Shown here piece by piece: positions 21,669 to 28,436 of a stretch of 28,436 bases of DNA. This DNA is from Chiloscyllium plagiosum (taxonomy: Eukaryota). Location: NCBI RefSeq assembly GCF_004010195.1, contig NC_057720.1:17641558-17669993 (forward strand), read 5' to 3'. The notes beneath the pieces were generated by a model, which did no database searches, was not told where the DNA came from, and worked only from the letters and a program-made list of their open reading frames with translations. The first letter of the stretch is position 1. Each line of letters starts with the position of its first letter. Position numbers and translations under genes: made by a program.

Positions 21669-23792
21669 GCATACCCACTAAATTGTGTGCATTGGGATGC
21701 AAGATGAATTTAATCCATATGTCACATGGTCCTGTCCTTTTTCTGTAGCTTAACAGAATCTTAGTGTGTCACTATTGGATGCCATAGTAGAAAATAAAAT
21801 TGTGTACTTGACATTTTGTTACAGAATTACCGTTTGGGAGGTCTTTGTGAAGAGGATAAGCATGTATGTCGATGATGCTTTACTTTAAATTTGGGACTCA
21901 GGCATAAGAAACCTTTGTAAAATATTAGTTTGTCTAAAATTGAAACGCTTCTTTTCATTTTCATTGTAAAATTTTAGAAAACCAAATTATTTTTTTTTAA
22001 ATTGATCAGAATAGGTAGTAATGAGGGTAACCTTTGAAGCCAAGACATATGAACTTCGGTAAAACTCAGCATAAAAATCTTGTTTGGAATTGAGGGCTGT
22101 ATTTTGTTTTTTTAATTTTTTGAGGTTTTAGATATTGATACAATGGCCATGGGACCAGAATCTGAACTAATATAGTTTTATCCTTTTTCTTTATAAACTT
22201 ACAGGATATGCTAGCTGTTTAAAACAAAATGTGATTTTTTTTTTCTTAGTCCAACTTGGGAATTTTCTATTATTGCAGGTATAATTTGATTATGTTGAGC
22301 CGACTCAACATAAACTAGACATACATGAAATGCGTCCATGAGAAATTAACACAATTTCATTGCTCTTTGATAATGCAAATGCTTATTTGAGAAACTTTTA
22401 AATAGCACTGATTATTTTGCATCCTGTAAATTCAGAGATGGTCATAATTTTGTTACCATATGCTTTTTTGATTTGATTGAAAGCTATGTGAAAAACTGGA
22501 TGGAAAATAATGGAATATTAGAAAATTATGCTTTTGACGAGGCTTAGCTTTACGTCAAGTTTTTGTACAGGTGCTAATAAGTTTACCTTACCTGTGGCTA
22601 TGCAGAATGAAGTCCAATTTGATTTAGAAGCCCCAAGCAACACCTTAAATGAGATCTCACAAGTGGACTCGTGGGCAGGACACACCTTCTAGGAACAATG
22701 TTTGCAGATATCCTTGAAATCCTACGGTTTAATCACGTTTCAGTCGGCTTCTCCCACTTTGATTTAATCTGTGAAATGACCTGACTTGGAACTGCATGAT
22801 TATTCACGTGCAGTTAGAGTACGTTTTCTTATTTTCCCGTGCTTATTACCCACAAGTTTGAAAATACAAATGTTCCTACTTGCATACCAGTGTAAAATAA
22901 AACTAGTTTTAGTACAAAGATCCAGCCTTAAACTCTAAAAGTTAGATTGCTGTCTAGACTTAAACGTGTGAATGAATGAATAACTCAAATCTAGTAACCA
23001 AGCATCAAAACTAATCCTATGCTCTTTATTCAATATCACATCTTGAACAAAACATGAACAAAAGTATGCTGTTGTTCATGCCATGCTGTAAAGGAAAACT
23101 GTTTCTTTATACAAATTAATAGATATGCTAAAGGCAGTATTTTAATTTGAGGTGCTGGTGGTTCAAAAGCTGCTTAACCACTTATTCTGAAATGCATTGC
23201 CTTCATAACTTGATTGCAGATTTTTTTTTTTTAGTTTACTTCTTTTGAAAAGAAGATGGAAGTTTCATTGCAAAATTATTCTAACTGTATATTATCTCTA
23301 ACTTTAAGAATTGGATAAAATGTTCTCATTTGAAAAATTTTCACCCATTCTCTTGTGTTTTAGTGTACATAATTCTGAAAGTTTTAGGTGCAGAAAACTT
23401 GAAATGTGTAATAAATATGAAAATGTTTCAAGGTGACTTTACTAAAGGTCCCCGATAAATAAGCAAATGATGCTGAGCTCTTAAGAGCATTCCAGAGCCC
23501 TTCAAGAGTAATGAAAAATCATAGCTGAGAACCTGCATTGCATCATCCATGGTACTGACACATCTTAGAGTGATTTACTGTGTTGAAAGTTCTATTTTGA
23601 AGTGTACACTGTTTTTGCATGATATTGGAGAAACACCTGATCCTGGTTACTGTGAAAATGCCTGGTAATAAAACGGTAAATGTTTGTTGTGGGAAAAATA
23701 TAGATTACAAAATAGAAAAGTAATCATGCATTTTGAATGTAGTATATGAAGGGCTGGAATTTGATATTTTTTCCAGTACAGTGATAGGCTGG

Positions 23793-23970
23793 GAAGAACA
23801 TAGAGTAGAGGCCATTCAGACGATTGAATCTTCTCCACCATTCAATCATGACTGTTATGTTTCTCAACCTCATTCTACCTTCTTCTTTAACCCTCAAGTC
23901 TTTTACCAATGAAGAACCGACGTATCTGAAATACACTCAATGACTTGACCATAAGCTGCTCTGGCAACAA
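23793..23970 (-). mobile_element. Old antisense CR1 3'-tail fragment in the 3'UTR
   Basis: Reverse complement resembles 6570-6750 (gaaggtagaatgaggttgagaaac...tgattgaatggtggagaaga..tcgtctgaatggcctctactc). Confidence 0.65.
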
Positions 23971-25183
23971 TGAAGAACAATGTTGTTATTCTTGTAAATA
24001 GTTTTGTAGAACCATCAAACCTACTAAACATCAGTTAAAAAGCTCTTCCTTGAAGCATCTGGGACTTTCACTGTAAAATAAAGTACTTTAATATTCTGCA
24101 AAACAGGTCTCCATCATCAATTAATAGTTCAGTAGCTTTAAACCTCCTGTACATAATTCTGGAAAAACACCACCTGTGCGATGTGTATTCATGAGTCGGT
24201 TTACAAATATTTCACCTAGTAAGTAAAAGGTGCTCTAAGTCTTTGAACAAACATGTAAATACATTTGGGAGAAAATTCTATAAAGGTTACACTTGAAAAT
24301 TTAGATGTCAGCTTTTTATGCATCCAATATAATTTGTATAACTATTGTAACTTTGCATTTAACATTTCATAAACTAATTTCAAACCATGTCCCTTATTTC
24401 CATCTGTATTTTTGTGACACATTGTTCATAATAGGAAGTCATTTAATGTAATTATGTTCACTTTTTAATGTTACAAGGCCAAGTGTAGTTTTCTAGTTGT
24501 ATAAACTTGAACATAAGTATAATTGAATTACCATTATATCCTGCCATTTTTATACTAAATTACTACTTTGATATTTATGATGTTTCCAGCATGACAAGTT
24601 GCCATAGCCAGTTTACATTATGAATGGATATAGAAATTTTATAGATGTAGATGTGAAAAAAATGGAAATTAACAGCCTCTTTGCCTCTTCACAATCTTCA
24701 CTTTCTTTTCTGCATAGTAATTGCAGTTTAGTAAATACAATACCTCAAATATGTTTTTTTTTCTCTTAATTCTGAGTGATACCTAATGAGGAAAGTCTCT
24801 GCACAAAATCAGAGAAGCTAAGATCAGACTCCACTTAACACAGAGCTAACCAGTCTGTTGATAGTTGCTGGTTAGGTAAAATAATGAAAAAAAACCGCCA
24901 AATGTATATGTTACCTTACAACAACATGAGATGGTGTCCTCAGGAGGAGGAGGAAAATTGTAGCAAGAGGCAATTTATAATTTAAACAGGTGAGCAGTGG
25001 AAAAGCAAGTATACCTCAACTGCAGTACTGTAAAGCTTTGATATGAGTTATATTTATTTGTACTGCTTTTAAATTGAATGTGATGTTCTTAAAATGTACA
25101 TGATGTTTACCTTCAAATCCTATGGGTGTCTAGTACAAATATCTTAGTAATTATGTAGACTATTTTTCAAACAAACAATTTTC

Positions 25184-25189
25184 AATAAA
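25184..25189 (+). terminator. Candidate distal polyadenylation signal AATAAA
   Basis: Several upstream TGTA motifs within 25050-25160, T/GT-rich sequence downstream, and located at the end of the repeat-poor tract. Confidence 0.5.
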
Positions 25190-25509
25190 TTTGTTTTTAG
25201 TGACATTGTCTTGCATGATTTTAATCACTCTTTGATCTTTGGCCAATGCCATTTTACTTTGTTCTCTTAACTTCCAAAAACTGATCACTATTTTGTCAGA
25301 ACATTTATACTTTTAGATATGCACTGAAACAATTTTATTAAGAAGGTTTAACGTCTAAAGGAACTGAATTGTTCACACTAATTACATCTTGTATCATAAT
25401 TTCATGTCATTGAAGCATAGATATGAAATGTTATGAAACAGATTTTTTGTGAAATGCATGGATTTACCGCCTCTACTGCTCACTATTTATGCAAATTAGT
25501 AAACAAGGG

Positions 25510-25615
25510 TTCTTGTGGTAGTGTCCCTGCCCCTGGGCCAGGAGGCTTGGGTTCAAAACCCACATTTCAGTGATGTGATAACATGTCCAAGCAAGTCGAT
25601 TTGTTTTATTTAGAT
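25510..25615 (+). mobile_element. Short tRNA-derived SINE
   Basis: gtggtagtgtccctgcccctgggccaggaggcttgggttcaaaaccc (B-box-like GGTTCAA). Homologous to the reverse complement of 26410-26515. Confidence 0.6.
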
Positions 25616-26409
25616 ATTTTAATGTTGGAAATACTCAGCTGATCAGGCCACAAATATGGAAAACGAGTTAGTCATGGTTTCAAGTTGAACTAAAAAAAGT
25701 GAGAAATACACAATAGATTTTGAACAAAGAATCGGTGAGACAAGGACAGAGCTGTGATTGCATGGGAGATGCAAGATTAATGACAAAAGAGTTGGTCTTC
25801 CAGGGTCAAGAAGAATAGTGAGAGGCAAAGAAAAGAAACAAAGGAAAAAGATGTTAGTATAGATGGGTTTGCTATCTGAAAACAAATAAAGAGAAAGTGA
25901 ATCTTACAAATAAAAAGAAACCTTATTTTTGAGAGGGGGGGGGGGTAGTGCATTTTACAGTCCGAAATTATTGAAACGTTTCTGGAAAATGCTCTTCCTT
26001 TAGCCTTTGTAACAGTGCTGTAGACTGACGATGGAGAAGGTAGAGAGTTAAAATGAATATTTGAGGAAACATGGTATTTAGGAGTGACTGGAAACTAGGG
26101 AAAAAGGGATTGGCTCTCTTTCAGGGGTGACACAAGTTCATAAAGTCAAGATGTAGGAAGCGGTCTGGATAGAGGTGAGATATGATAATAGCAATAGGCT
26201 ACTTGAAGTGATGTACAGACCTCCTAATAGTAGAATGGTAGGAAGGAGTATGAAAGAGGAAATAATAGGGTGTTATCAGACAGTTGTGCTGACAATTATG
26301 GGGATTTTTAGTCTGCATAGATTGAAAAAATCAGATGCAAAATTCACTGTTTATGGCATAGTTCCTCAGAACAGCAGTTCCTGAAACCAACCACTGAGCA
26401 GACTAGTTA

Positions 26410-26515
26410 TTTTCTAATCAACCTGTCCAGAGTTGTTATAGCACAGCTCTGAAGCAGGTAGGACTTGAACTTGGGCTTCTAGCTCCGAGGTAAGGACACT
26501 GCCATTCTATCACAA
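26410..26515 (-). mobile_element. Short tRNA-derived SINE nested in the CR1 fragment
   Basis: Reverse complement is ggcagtgtccttacctcggagctagaagcccaagttcaagtcctacctgc...acaggttgattagaaaata. Same family as 25510-25615. Confidence 0.6.
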
Positions 26516-26744
26516 CAGCGTCACTTATACAAGCAGGCTATACTAGGCTATATGAGAGAGGATGAATTACTGATAGCCTAGTGAAGGCAGTGATCATATT
26601 ACCAAGGTAGCAATGATCCAGAGTTGTTATAGCACAGCTCTGAAGCAGGTAGGACTTGAACTTGGGCTTCTAGCTCCGAGGTAAGGACACTGAATTACTG
26701 ATAGCCTAGTGAAGGCAGTGATCATATTACCAAGGTAGCAATGA
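26426..26744. repeat. Exact compound duplication A-X-B-A-B
   Basis: A (76 nt) at 26426-26501 equals 26617-26692. B (54 nt) at 26563-26616 equals 26691-26744. Confidence 0.95.
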
Positions 26745-27919
26745 CCATAAATGTGACAGAAATTTTACTTATGTTTGAGGAAGAGAATAATGGATCCAAG
26801 ACTAATATAACTTACGGGTAATTATAAAGTGGAGCAGGTTTGAGTGCCCTATACCTGGTTCTAGTTCATACGTTCATATATAAGCTGAAGCTCACGCTTG
26901 AGGATCATTGTTAGTGCATCATTTCCAATGTACAGACCACATTGTAGAAAAGGAAGGATAATAAATTGAAACAGGTAAAAGCAAATTGAATGATATGGAA
27001 AGGAGTGTTTGGGATGTTGGATGGTGAGGAGAGAGGATGTAAAAGGATATGGGTCACATCTACTGTTTGCTGAGCCATTATGAGAAGGGGTGACTAAGGA
27101 AGAGTAGATCATGTTATAATGGAGGAAATGATTCTTTAAGACAACTGACAGGACAGATGAGGGGAAAATGTGTTTAGTGGTGGCATTACATTGGAGCTGA
27201 CATTAATGAGGAGGGAGAATTACAGATTGAATAGGGAGGCTGGTGAGATGGGATGGAAGGCAAGGACAAGGGGAACCGTATTGCTCTGAGACAGAGGAAG
27301 TGGTGGTGTGCGGTTGAGGACCATGTTCTCCACAGTGGTTGTTGCAGGGGGAAATGTGATGTTTGGCTGGGGCGGGTCGGGGGGAGGAGATATCAGAGCA
27401 GATGGAATAGAAAATCTGACTAAAGGGAACGGTTCCTTTAGAGTATTGGTGAGAAAGTGTCAAAGTATAAGCTTGCTGACTCCAAAGCTATCTACTAATC
27501 AAATTATACTCAACATACTCTAGAGTAGAGGTATTGTATTTTTATATTTAAAAAAAAAACTCTACCTGACTGTAACTTCAAAACAGTCACTTTATTGTTA
27601 TTTCGTATTGTTCTGAATGCTGGCCTTGCTGCACCCCACTCCAGTTGTGAAGAACTACGCTTGGGTAATTGCACACTGCTCTGAGATAATTCTTTTGAAG
27701 AATCAAAAACTGAGATGAGTTTGCTGGACCTAGACCCTTAATGACTATAATTCAATACATGAATATATGATGGACAATTAAAAGCACAAAAGATTTTACG
27801 AAGAGAAAGTCAAACCAGCTTCAGAACTTTTTATGGTAAATGTGCAGCAAATTTATAAGTGCTCAACCAGTAAGCATTGATATATCACTACTACCAGGTC
27901 AATGTTGCATTGTACTTGC

Positions 27920-28436
27920 TTTTTTTATAGATATTTTTATTAGAAATTTAACATTTTTACAAGTTTACAAAAATAAACAAAACTCTCAAATATAAACATT
28001 GATATACAATTAAATCAAATATACAATAACCAAAATTTAACAAAAGAAAAAAAAATACCAAAAAAGAAAAAAAAAACAAAACTCAACTATCTACCAATCT
28101 AACCTACAACTAACCAGAGTGTATATTTAAATCTCTCACATGCTCGGAATGTGTTAACATCAGATGTAATAAAACCCGTATTCGTGCAGGATTCCTCTCC
28201 TAAGGGGCCCTGGACCAGCCAGGTTTGTAATCTCAATTAAATAAAAGCCCTTGTTAGGATAGCCGAAATATCTGTATTTATGTAATTCAAGAAGGGCTGC
28301 CATATTTTATAAAATAATTCGGTCTTTCGGTACACCATATTTGTAAGGAAGTCAAGGGGAATACATTCCATAATTAATCTGTGCCAATTTGAAAGTCCAG
28401 GAGGCCCCTCAGCCACCCAGTTTACCAAAATATTTT
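27920..28436 (-). mobile_element. L1-clade LINE 3' end (ORF2 C-terminus, U-rich 3'UTR, AATAAA, short poly-A), extending beyond the window
   Basis: Minus frame KILVNWVAEGPPGLSNW...E...FYKIWQPFL fits the L1 ORF2 terminal pattern (ILxxW...PP...W...FxKxWxP). tttatt at 27936-27941 and T7 at 27920-27926. Confidence 0.75.

Larger units (their letters stand above)
21669..25210 (+). other. BTBD8: Probable long 3'UTR of BTBD8
   Basis: AT-rich and almost repeat-free, unlike the introns. Repeats resume after ~25500. The end is inferred from the AATAAA at 25184. Confidence 0.55.
26140..26880 (+). mobile_element. Degenerate CR1 AP-endonuclease fragment
   Basis: WIEVR...LLEVMYRPPNS...IMG (ORF 26175-26384). 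The SDH-like region gcaatgaccataa follows at ~26740. Confidence 0.65.
25621..27445 (-). mobile_element. Relic Penelope-like element (GIY-YIG C-terminal region plus terminal repeat), interrupted by CR1 and SINE insertions at ~26140-26880
   Basis: Minus ORF 26861-27112 contains PFTSSLLTIQHPKHSF...QCGLYIG, a remnant of the C-x-x-C...YIG GIY-YIG motif. Its 3' terminus (25621-25690) resembles the arm of hairpin element 2 (11279-11346). Confidence 0.6.

Noticed and set aside
25935..25945. G homopolymer as a regulatory G-quadruplex
   Set aside because: A single short G run inside a decayed TE, with no further support.

Overview
This is vertebrate nuclear DNA, almost certainly from a cartilaginous fish (shark), inferred from HE1-like SINEs and abundant CR1 LINEs. 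The + strand carries the last five phase-consistent coding exons of BTBD8/KIAA1107 (APache): 325-1063, 1965-2043, 5901-6037, 17039-19435 and 21199-21668. Together they give 1273 codons plus stop, followed by a probable ~3.5 kb 3'UTR. The introns and downstream region are filled with decayed, nested CR1 LINEs, tRNA-derived SINEs, an L1 3' end and a relic Penelope-like (GIY-YIG) element. The most unusual signal is four ~210-220 bp asymmetric hairpin elements in one intron, three of them with clear target-site duplications. Each is built around a minimal hammerhead-ribozyme motif (CUGANGA-A-stem II-GAA-palindromic 4-mer-H) present on opposite strands. The 14483-14699 copy has two intact cores. 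Stem II and the helix-III palindrome (ACGU vs AGCU) covary between families. Repeat boundaries are approximate unless fixed by a TSD. Family names come from recognition, not from a database search.
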